NCBI GenBank assembly: GCA_003132665.1
Contig: PKYN01000018.1
Span: 41,022 to 105,021, forward strand
DNA length: 64,000 nt
Direction: 5' to 3'
Origin: Actinomycetota bacterium
Lineage (GTDB): Bacteria; Actinomycetota; Thermoleophilia; Gaiellales; Gaiellaceae
A program made the position numbers and the translations under genes. Shown piece after piece: positions 1 to 6,942 of the stretch (position 1 is the stretch's first letter; each line of letters opens with the position of its first letter). Below the pieces are notes generated by a model. It ran no database searches and was not told the DNA's origin. It worked only from the letters and a program-made list of their open reading frames with translations.

Positions 1-17
1 AGGCGCTCGCCGAGCTG

Positions 18-185
18 ATGGCCCGCCGGCTCGACGACGTGCGGCTCGCGGTCTTGATGCTCGACGGCATCGAGCTCAAGGGGCGCACGAACGTCGTCTG
101 TCTCGGGATCACGACCGAGGGCGTCAAGATCTCGCTCGGGCTCTGGGAGGGATCGAGCGAGAACGCCACGGTCGCGACGTCTACG
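18..185 (+). pseudogene. Truncated IS256-family (mutator-type) transposase fragment
   Basis: The translation LAVLMLDGIELKGRTNVVCLGITTEGVKISLGLWEGSSENATVATS resembles the central conserved block of IS256-family transposases. Similarity ends near 185, after which the frame runs on as read-through antisense to the next gene. The window starts inside this fragment. Confidence 0.45.
56..82. repeat. 27-nt direct repeat, copy 1 (inside the transposase fragment)
   Basis: gatgctcgacggcatcgagctcaaggg recurs at 1098-1124 with 2 mismatches. Confidence 0.7.
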
Positions 186-244
186 AAGCTTTCCGTTACT
201 AACGGACACTCTTTCTCGCACCACGCCCTCGGCTCGCGGCCCGA

Positions 245-835
245 TCACGAGCCCACGTTGGCGACGAAAATCTTGCCGATCGAGAACGCGGGGCCGATTG
301 GTGCGCCCAGCGCGAAGTACTCTGCTGTCGCGTCCCCGAGTGCGAACGCAATTGGGTCGAGCTTGCGGATGTCGACGTTGCCCTCCACATCTAGGCAACT
401 CTCGTCGATCTTGACGTCCTTGATCTCGCCGATGAACTGGGTGTGCAGGCCGAGCTCGTGCACCTGGACGACCGCGCACTCAACGACGAGCGGAAACTCC
501 GCCACGCAGGGCGCATCGACGAACTCGGCCGCCACGGGCGTCAGCCCGGTGGCGGCGAACTTGCCGACGTTGCGGCCCGAGACCAAGCCGAAGTAGTCCG
601 CCTGAGCGGCTTGCTCTCGGCTGGGCAGACTGATGGTGAACGCTTTGCGGGCGATGATGTTGCCATGTGATGCGGTGGCGCTCCGCAGCGACACGGAGAT
701 GCAGGGTGGCTTGGAGCAGGCGATACCGCCCCAGGCCGCCGTCATCACGTTCGGCCGTCCCTCGGCGTCGTAGCTGCCAACGGCGAGGACGGGCGTCGGG
801 TAGAGCAGTGCCTTGGCTCCCAGCGACTTCTTCAC
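245..835 (-). CDS. Flavin reductase-like FMN-binding domain protein
   Basis: 196-aa ORF. The N-terminus LLYPTPVLAVGSYDAEGRPNVMTAAWGG...ISLR is typical of flavin reductase (DIM6/NTAB) family proteins. Confidence 0.8.
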   Translation of the reverse strand: MKKSLGAKALLYPTPVLAVGSYDAEGRPNVMTAAWGGIACSKPPCISVSLRSATASHGNIIARKAFTISLPSREQAAQADYFGLVSGRNVGKFAATGLTPVAAEFVDAPCVAEFPLVVECAVVQVHELGLHTQFIGEIKDVKIDESCLDVEGNVDIRKLDPIAFALGDATAEYFALGAPIGPAFSIGKIFVANVGS

Positions 836-1041
836 GTTGCCTCCTAGGTTCGTACTGTTGGCTGCCGTGTCAGTACGGCGCAGCCCATTATGCGGACGTT
901 GGCGGCGTCGCGGCGACGGACGACTCCTCCGAAGCTCGGCGCGGAATCGAAGTGGGAAACGTAGGCAGAAACCGCGATTTCAGAGGTCGGGGTTTGGACG
1001 TCGCATTTTGGTTGTCCGCGTTCACTCTGGAAAACGGGCTT

Positions 1042-1088
1042 TGGAGCTAGGCGGATTCGAACCGCCGACCTACGGATTATGAGTCCGT
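1042..1088 (-). pseudogene. 3' half of a tRNA-Met(CAU)-like gene (att-like remnant, not a complete tRNA)
   Basis: The minus strand reads acgga-ctcataa-tccgt aggtc ggcgg-ttcgaat-ccgcc tagctcc a. That is anticodon arm (CAU), variable loop, T-arm, acceptor 3' strand and discriminator. No matching 5' acceptor strand (ggagcta) or D-arm lies upstream. Confidence 0.6.
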
Positions 1089-1097
1089 CGCCCGCAC

Positions 1098-1124
1098 GAT
1101 GCCCGACGGAATCGAGCTCAAGGG
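1098..1124. repeat. 27-nt direct repeat, copy 2 (orphan piece of transposase coding sequence next to the tRNA-Met half)
   Basis: gatgcccgacggaatcgagctcaaggg matches 56-82 at 25 of 27 positions. The flanks are unrelated. Confidence 0.7.
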
Positions 1125-1711
1125 CCTTCTGTTAGGTCGCGAAGGCGCGGCAGCGGTGTCCAGAACCGCGTGCGGAGTCCGCTGCGCTGGTCCGAACACG
1201 AGCTTCCGAGCGCGAAGCCGCATCGGTCGCGCCGCGACCCGCCTGTTCTGTCTACCGGCCGTCTACCGGGAGGCGGGAATGCGAGTATTTGAGCACCCCG
1301 GATTTGCCTGCCGCGTACCTTCTGATCCACGCGGAGTGCAATCCTCCCTGCGCGGCGTCCGTTAGCCATTCTGAACATCCGGGCCAGTCTCAGACGGCCC
1401 CGCGGGCGAAATACCCTCCTGTATTGCTCCATGTCGTGATAGTGCTGTGACTCCTCCAGAATGAAGCCCCCGGAGAGGAAACAAGCCCCCCCCCCGTCAA
1501 CCGTCGGGCTTCTCGTGCTTCTGATACCTGAGCGGTTTTCGCTCAGCTCTGCGCCTCGTCTCGGCGAAAACGTCTCTTCTACCCTTATCAAGGGATCTTT
1601 CGTCAGGGGTCGTGTCACGCCGTTAAAACGGCCGATAATACAAGGGACAAGAAAATGGCCGGGGCACCGTTGGTGCGGCCCCCGGCCCGGACACAGGAGG
1701 CAGAAACTCCC

Positions 1712-2029
1712 ATGTCAACGCACCATCTTACGTCCGATCTATGGACGCTCCTCGAATCTCCGCCCGTCGGCTGCGAGGCCGTGGCGGATCTCTGGCACTG
1801 GTCCCTCAACTTCGACACCGGCAGGGGGCCGGCCGCGCTGTTCCTGGACCTAATCGGCTACTACACCGACGAGTTCGGCTGCGACCTGTACCCGCACGAG
1901 AAGGCTGGCTATCCGCTACTCGGCTTCGTCGAGCTGGCGAAACTCGGCGCTGCCCTCACGGCGTACGCGGACGATCCGCACGGCGTGCGTTCATTCGTCG
2001 GCGATCTTCTCGAGGCTGAGACTCGATGA
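1712..2029 (+). CDS. Hypothetical small protein coupled to the serine recombinase
   Basis: ATG at 1712 is preceded by aggagg at 1695-1700. The stop overlaps the recombinase start (ATGA at 2026-2029). I recognise no family. Confidence 0.5.
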   Translation: MSTHHLTSDLWTLLESPPVGCEAVADLWHWSLNFDTGRGPAALFLDLIGYYTDEFGCDLYPHEKAGYPLLGFVELAKLGAALTAYADDPHGVRSFVGDLLEAETR

Positions 2030-2742
2030 CGCGCCGACAGACATCCACGGGAGCGCCTCCAGGCGCTCTCCGCGCGGTCCTGTATGGGCGCGTCAGTGTC
2101 TCGAACGGGTCCGACTCGCTCGAGGCGCAGGCGGAGCAATGCCGCGCTTACGCGGAGTCGATCGGCGCAATCATCGCCGAGGAGTACGTAGACGACGGGA
2201 TCTCGGGGGCGAAGGGCGACGACGCGCGGGACGGACTCTCAGGAGCCCTCTCGGCGATCGTAGACGGACGCGCAAACCTTCTCATCGTCCACAGGCTCGA
2301 TCGCCTCGCGAGGGAGCTTCATCTACAAGAAGCGGTTTTAGGCAGGGTGTGGGCTGCGGGAGGACACGTTCACGAAGCCGTCTTCGGCGAGATCCCGCAG
2401 GACGACCCGAGCGACCCTATGCGGACGTTCTGCCGTCAGGTGATGGGTGCCGCTGCGCAGCTCGAACGAGGACTGATTCGCGCTCGGATGCAGGGAGGAC
2501 GGAAGCGCCGTCGAGCTGCCGGCTACCACATAGGAGGGGATCGCCCCTACGGGTACGCGGTGAGTGGGGACGGACGGCTCGAGCACATCGCAGAGGAGCA
2601 AGTCGTCATCCGGCGCATTGTCGAGCTGCGTTCGCAGGACATGCCTTTCCGCGCCATCGGAGAGATCCTCGAGCGCGAGGGACACGGCGCCTGGCACCCC
2701 ATGCGCGTGCGCCGGGTATGGGAGCGCGAACGTCCCGGATGA
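2026..2742 (+). CDS. Small serine recombinase (resolvase/invertase family) with C-terminal HTH
   Basis: 238 aa. The N-terminal catalytic block AVLYGRVSVSNGSDSLEAQ...YVDDGISGAK...LLIVHRLDRLAREL is typical of serine recombinases. Confidence 0.85.
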   Translation: MTRRQTSTGAPPGALRAVLYGRVSVSNGSDSLEAQAEQCRAYAESIGAIIAEEYVDDGISGAKGDDARDGLSGALSAIVDGRANLLIVHRLDRLARELHLQEAVLGRVWAAGGHVHEAVFGEIPQDDPSDPMRTFCRQVMGAAAQLERGLIRARMQGGRKRRRAAGYHIGGDRPYGYAVSGDGRLEHIAEEQVVIRRIVELRSQDMPFRAIGEILEREGHGAWHPMRVRRVWERERPG

Positions 2743-2755
2743 GACCCGACTTAGC

Positions 2756-3049
2756 GAATCATCCGCTCCATGCCCTGACTCACTGAATCATCTCTACGCA
2801 AAGCCTGTCTACGAGGCCGAATCATCGAGGCGGCGCCTAGAGCACTACTCCTAGAGGCTATGCGCATAGCAGCGATCGCGTAGGTAGCAGTAGAGAATAT
2901 GGTGTTTTTCCTGCTTGATGCCGGTTTTCGAGAGGCCTGAAATACGGCATTTCTAGAGCAGATATAGAGCACGCACGACGCCCGCCGTCGAGACTCACGT
3001 CTCGATGTGAGATTGCCGATATGGCATCCGGAGGCGTGGTAAGATTGCC
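2756..3049. promoter_or_regulatory. Repeat-rich A/T-richer spacer: candidate recombination (res-like) and/or operator sites
   Basis: gaatcatc occurs three times (2756, 2785, 2819). There is a perfect 14-bp palindrome gctatgcgcatagc (2857-2870). An 11-nt direct repeat gt(g/a)agattgcc occurs at 3007-3017 and 3039-3049, just upstream of the XRE start. Confidence 0.3.
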
Positions 3050-3075
3050 ACATCAGCAAAGGAGGGAGGGGAAAG

Positions 3076-3420
3076 ATGGATGAGCAGGAGCTTCGGTCGC
3101 TGGTCGGGCGCAGGATTCGCACCGAGCGCAAGGCTTCAGGCTATAACCGCCTCGAGGACTTCGCGAATCGGATTGGGATGGACCCAAGCAACCTCTCGCG
3201 GATCGAGCAGGGGAAGCGCGGGATAGACAGTGTCACGTTGATGCGAATCGCGGACACGCTCGGCGTTCGCATGGACGCGCTCTTCGATCGCGAGAGGGAC
3301 GAGGTCGTCGCCTTCGCTCGCACTGGGTCGCGCGGCCGCGACGAGGTTGTTGACTGGGCCCTTGGGCTTCTTGCGGACATGGAGTTCGCCGAGGCCGAGG
3401 TTGCTCGGCATGGCTGGTGA
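3076..3420 (+). CDS. XRE-family helix-turn-helix transcriptional regulator
   Basis: LVGRRIRTERKASGYNRLEDFANRIGMDPSNLSRIEQGKRGIDSVTLMRIADTLGV is a canonical Cro/C1-type HTH. RBS-like aaggaggga lies upstream. Confidence 0.85.
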   Translation: MDEQELRSLVGRRIRTERKASGYNRLEDFANRIGMDPSNLSRIEQGKRGIDSVTLMRIADTLGVRMDALFDRERDEVVAFARTGSRGRDEVVDWALGLLADMEFAEAEVARHGW

Positions 3421-4234
3421 GGCCTGGCGCGTCGGTGAGACCGCCGCGAAAGCGTTTCACCACGAGCTGGATCTTGTTACGACGGGGGTCGTAGATCTCA
3501 AGGAAGTGATGCGGCTCGCCGGCATTACGTTCGTCGCGCACGACCTCGGTCCCAAGGCCGGAGACGGCCGCTACGTGAAGAAGGGCGGTCGCGCGATGAT
3601 CGTCATCAACACGCACGTCAGGTCGACGGGCCGCGTGCGCTTCACGATCGCGCACGAGATCGGTCACCACCGCCTGCACACAGAGGGCGCGGAGAATGTC
3701 GCGTTCATCGAGGAGCAGGTCGGAGGTGGAGGCAACAAGCCACGCGAAGAGCGGGAGGCGGACGCGTTCGCCGCCTATTTTCTCGCTCCGTACAGATCGT
3801 TGAAGGCGGACGCGGAGAGGATCGGTGATATCAGCGTCGAGAGCGTCGTCGATCTCATGGTCCGATACGGCCTCTCGTTCCAGGCGACGGTTTTCCGTCT
3901 CCACAACAGCCAGCTGATCAACGCAGCGAAGCGGGACGCACTTCTGCGCGACTCGCAGGGACGCGTTGAGGCCGTGCTGAGGCAGAAGGGGGGCTATGCC
4001 GAAGACGACCAGATCTTGGTCGGGGCGGAGCTGCCAACAAGTTTTCGAGAGAACGCCTTCAAGCTCTTCGCGCACGGGGTCATCGATGAGGAGCGGCTCG
4101 CCGAGATGTTGCGGATGCCCCTATCGAAGGCACGGCGTGTTGCGGCCGAGCGCGGCGTCGCTGCACCGGAAGTGCCGGACATCGATGAGGAAGACCTCGC
4201 AGACCTATTCGATGACGCGGCGCCGGGCAACTAG
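3410..4234 (+). CDS. ImmA/IrrE-family zinc metallopeptidase (COG2856-like)
   Basis: HEIGH zinc-binding motif (FTIAHEIGHHRLH). The start overlaps the XRE stop by 11 nt. The longer ORF-track start at 3347 is rejected because it lies inside the XRE gene. Confidence 0.85.
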   Translation: MAGEAWRVGETAAKAFHHELDLVTTGVVDLKEVMRLAGITFVAHDLGPKAGDGRYVKKGGRAMIVINTHVRSTGRVRFTIAHEIGHHRLHTEGAENVAFIEEQVGGGGNKPREEREADAFAAYFLAPYRSLKADAERIGDISVESVVDLMVRYGLSFQATVFRLHNSQLINAAKRDALLRDSQGRVEAVLRQKGGYAEDDQILVGAELPTSFRENAFKLFAHGVIDEERLAEMLRMPLSKARRVAAERGVAAPEVPDIDEEDLADLFDDAAPGN

Positions 4235-4948
4235 ATGTCGCAGGACCCGCTGCGGACCCAGAAGCACCCGGTTTTCCTCGACGCGACGCCGCTTACCCAC
4301 TTCGCGCGGATCGGCGAGCTCGATCTGCTCGGGACATGGCTTCCTGGGTCGTACACAGCTGCCTACGTGATGAAGGACGAGATCCTTGACTGGGTCAAGG
4401 ACTACCCGAGCAACAAGCAGGTGGGGAACGCGACGTGGCTCACAGCACTCCCGGCAGACACGCTCGCCGACGCGAAGCTGATCGCAAGCCTCTCGATCCG
4501 GTTCCCGGCGGGAGGCACCAAGAGCATCGGCGAGCTTCACGTCATCGCGCTGGCGAAGAGGCTCGGCGGAACGGCGATCATCGAGGACCAGCAGGCGCGG
4601 AAGGCGGCCCGATCCAATGAGGCGAAGGTAAAGAGCGTCTACATGGTCTCCATGATCGGCGCGGCGTCTGCGTGCGGCCTTATTTCGGAAAACGAGGCCT
4701 GGGATCTCCAGAGGCGGCTGGAAGTAAGGCGAGAGCGATCGGTCATCCGCTCGACCGATAACAGAGAATTCCGCGAGATGGTCAGATTCATGAAGGAGCT
4801 GCAGCCGCGGTGGGCCGAGTGGCCCAGGTGCCTTCATAACAACGGCCTCGATCTGATCGCGATTGCGGCGAGGAAGCAGGAGCTCGGGGCGTGGCGCGAC
4901 CGATTCAAGCTTCCGCCGCGAAGTACACCTAAGCCTCGGCCGGGCTGA
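4235..4948 (+). CDS. PIN-like domain protein (DUF3368/DUF4411-like), third gene of the XRE-ImmA module
   Basis: The ATG follows the ImmA stop directly (TAG ATG at 4232-4237). N-terminal VFLDATPLTHFARIGELDLL and later GELHVIALAKRLGGTAIIEDQQARKAA resemble PIN-like nucleic-acid-binding proteins. The family assignment is tentative. Confidence 0.5.
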   Translation: MSQDPLRTQKHPVFLDATPLTHFARIGELDLLGTWLPGSYTAAYVMKDEILDWVKDYPSNKQVGNATWLTALPADTLADAKLIASLSIRFPAGGTKSIGELHVIALAKRLGGTAIIEDQQARKAARSNEAKVKSVYMVSMIGAASACGLISENEAWDLQRRLEVRRERSVIRSTDNREFREMVRFMKELQPRWAEWPRCLHNNGLDLIAIAARKQELGAWRDRFKLPPRSTPKPRPG

Positions 4949-5481
4949 GGTTCCGATTCCCCCTACTCAAACCCACAGCGACGTCTGACCGCGCGGGTCG
5001 GTGATTTGTCCGCGCTCGTACGCTGACCAATCGATAGGTCGGGAGCACTGGCTATGGAACTCCCAGCTCTTGGTAGACGTCGGAAATGCGGGCGGAAAAG
5101 GTTACTTTCGGCGCTCGCTCACGCTCGCGCACGTAGACGTACTCCCTCCTCGAGATCGCCCGAGAAGCACCAGACACCGGAACGTTCTCTGTGGCTTGCT
5201 GGTGGGAGCGCACGTCGCCCCCTTTCGGGGAACGACGCGCTGAACCTTGCTGTATGGGTCCCAGCACCTAGAAATTGATCTCTAGTCTCGGCTCAGTCGT
5301 GCCCAGGTCTGTCGCTGCCACGCCGGCCGAAGGCCGATCGCCGAGAGTCGCCTGGCCCGAAGGCCAACAGGACGGTTCTCAATCTGGGAGTCGCAGCTCG
5401 GAGATTTGTAGAGCGGTCTCAACCGCCTCGACTGCTATAGAGCGGGTGACCTAAGAGCTACCCAGTTCGATCAGAACCGCT

Positions 5482-5548
5482 TGTACTCACAGAGTACACG
5501 ATAATTTCGTAAGGCGTGCTTGACGAATCGTCAGTACCGCTTCAAAAT
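5482..5548 (+). promoter_or_regulatory. Candidate promoter with two perfect palindromic operators upstream of the orphan XRE gene
   Basis: tgtactc-aca-gagtaca (5482-5498). tgacga-a-tcgtca (5521-5533) overlaps a ttgacg -35-like hexamer (5520-5525). A caaaat -10-like hexamer lies 17 nt downstream (5543-5548). Confidence 0.35.
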
Positions 5549-5559
5549 GTGGCGAGGCT

Positions 5560-5949
5560 ATGCCACTCTCGCAAGGAAACATCGCAGCGAACGTCCGCCG
5601 ACTCGCGGGTATGCATCTCGTCAGCATGGACAAACTCGCACAATACCTTGAGATGTCCCGTCCGTCCCTACAGGCGATCGTCGCTGTCGAGCCTCATCAC
5701 CGTTCTCTGCCGAAGGCTGAGACCGCCCTAAAGCTTGCTGAGGCGTTCGGGATCTCTCTGAACGCTCTGTACTCCGAGACGGAAGAGTGTCTACGAGAGG
5801 CGATCGAGAACTTCGAGCACGCGCCTATCCGAGAGGTAGTCGAGGCTCCGACTTCAGATCTAGCGCCTGGCCTGACGATGCTGAACGAGCTTGCAGAGTT
5901 CAAGCGAGCGAAGCGGAAAGCGAGCGAACAGAAGAAGCGAAAGACTTAG
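5560..5949 (+). CDS. XRE-family HTH regulator with a basic C-terminal tail
   Basis: NIAANVRRLAGMHLVSMDKLAQYLEMSRPSLQAIV...ALKLAEAFGISLNALY is a Cro/C1-type HTH. The C-terminus is KRAKRKASEQKKRKT. Confidence 0.75.
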   Translation: MPLSQGNIAANVRRLAGMHLVSMDKLAQYLEMSRPSLQAIVAVEPHHRSLPKAETALKLAEAFGISLNALYSETEECLREAIENFEHAPIREVVEAPTSDLAPGLTMLNELAEFKRAKRKASEQKKRKT

Positions 5950-5986
5950 CAGTGTGTTAGATACCCTAGAACCCGCATCACTGCTT

Positions 5987-6059
5987 GGCGAGGTAGCTCA
6001 GTTGGTAGAGCACACGGCTGAAAACCGTGGTGTCGCCGGTTCAATTCCGGCCCTCGCCA
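5987..6059 (+). tRNA. tRNA-Phe (GAA)
   Basis: 73-nt cloverleaf. Acceptor ggcgagg/cctcgcc, D-arm gctc-agttggta-gagc, anticodon arm cacgg-ctGAAaa-ccgtg, T-arm gccgg-ttcaatt-ccggc, discriminator a. Confidence 0.95.
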
Positions 6060-6060
6060 T

Positions 6061-6194
6061 CTCGCTTTCTCGGGCGGGTCTTCGCCCGAGGGCGAAGACC
6101 CTAGCGCCGCTGGCCGCACGTCACTCTACGGAGCCGTGTAGGCGACACTGTCTCCTCCGGTGCCGCACGGCCAGCGACACTCCGAGAAAGCGAG
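6061..6194. other. 134-nt nested inverted-repeat element directly 3' of tRNA-Phe (structured RNA, MITE-like or att-associated)
   Basis: Perfect 13-bp closing stem (6061-6073 ctcgctttctcgg / 6182-6194 ccgagaaagcgag). Perfect 12-bp hairpin (6076-6087 / 6090-6101). Perfect 9-bp stem (6108-6116 / 6168-6176). Inner 5-bp and 4-bp stems. Confidence 0.5.
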
Positions 6195-6335
6195 AGGCGC
6201 AGGGGTTGGAGATGAGCCCCGTGGCCGGTTTGATGGGCGAGGTGCTGAAGTAGCGGTTGTCCGAGAGCGCGTGATGGCCGCGCCCGCGCTTGTCGGTCGC
6301 GGCGGCGTAGGCAGTCGCGAGATATATGAGTGACG

Positions 6336-6773
6336 CTAGCTTGAGCCGTGGTTCCGAACAGCCTCAACGAAGTTCGGTGCCGATATCTTGAGCGCGTCGA
6401 GGAGTTGCTCCAGGGTGAATGGCGGCGACCTCAGATCATTGGCCTGCTCTTCGACAACTTGTCTCGCGCCCAGCGGGTTCATGTTGAAGAGGATCAGCAG
6501 AAACTCATCCGGCTCAATCGCTTCGACACCGAAGTCGGAGCAGTCGTCGGATGGGAAGTGACGCGTGTTGAAGGTGACAACGACCTCGGCTCCAATCGCC
6601 ACGGCGGCAGCTAAAACGTGGCGATCCTTCTCGTCGTTGCACATGGCCGGCTCGAGCTTGCGGATCTTTCGCTCAGGCACAAGCGAACCATCGAAGGCGA
6701 GGTTCATTTGATCGCGCAAATATGCTGCCTGCTTCGGCGTCGCTCCCGCGTCGTAGACGAGATGGCGAACCAT
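6336..6773 (-). CDS. PIN-domain toxin (VapC-like); the conserved N-terminus continues upstream to 6938 without a canonical start
   Basis: DRHVLAAAVAIGAEVVVTFNTRHFP is typical of this PIN family. The same frame stays open upstream to a TAA at 6939-6941. It encodes IAFRAVIDSCALYPFTLRDTLLRLAELELYEPYWSERILDE, the expected first-Asp region. Confidence 0.7.
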   Translation of the reverse strand: MVRHLVYDAGATPKQAAYLRDQMNLAFDGSLVPERKIRKLEPAMCNDEKDRHVLAAAVAIGAEVVVTFNTRHFPSDDCSDFGVEAIEPDEFLLILFNMNPLGARQVVEEQANDLRSPPFTLEQLLDALKISAPNFVEAVRNHGSS

Positions 6774-6942
6774 CTCATCCAGAATGCGCTCGCTCCAGTA
6801 GGGCTCATAAAGCTCGAGCTCTGCGAGACGAAGCAGCGTGTCGCGCAGCGTGAACGGATAGAGAGCGCAGGAATCGATGACGGCACGGAAAGCGATGGGC
6901 TGAGCATAGGCCGGAACCGCGCGTCGTGCGTATTCTCTTTAC

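Noticed and set aside
1042-1118. A possible complete tRNA-Met gene
   Set aside because: Only positions 27-73 of a cloverleaf are present. The 26 nt upstream on the minus strand cannot form the acceptor stem (no ggagcta) or a D-arm.
1118-1618. 166-aa minus-strand ORF in the gene-free stretch
   Set aside because: It is Arg/Gly-rich, has no motif and no RBS, and spans the C10 tract and hairpins. It is more likely non-coding debris.
4949-5559. Short ORFs (5001-5243 plus, 5052-5267 minus, 5054-5278 plus, 5516-5731 plus) in the gap before the orphan XRE gene
   Set aside because: They mutually overlap, have low-complexity translations, and show no motifs or ribosome-binding sites. The region is treated as non-coding or regulatory.
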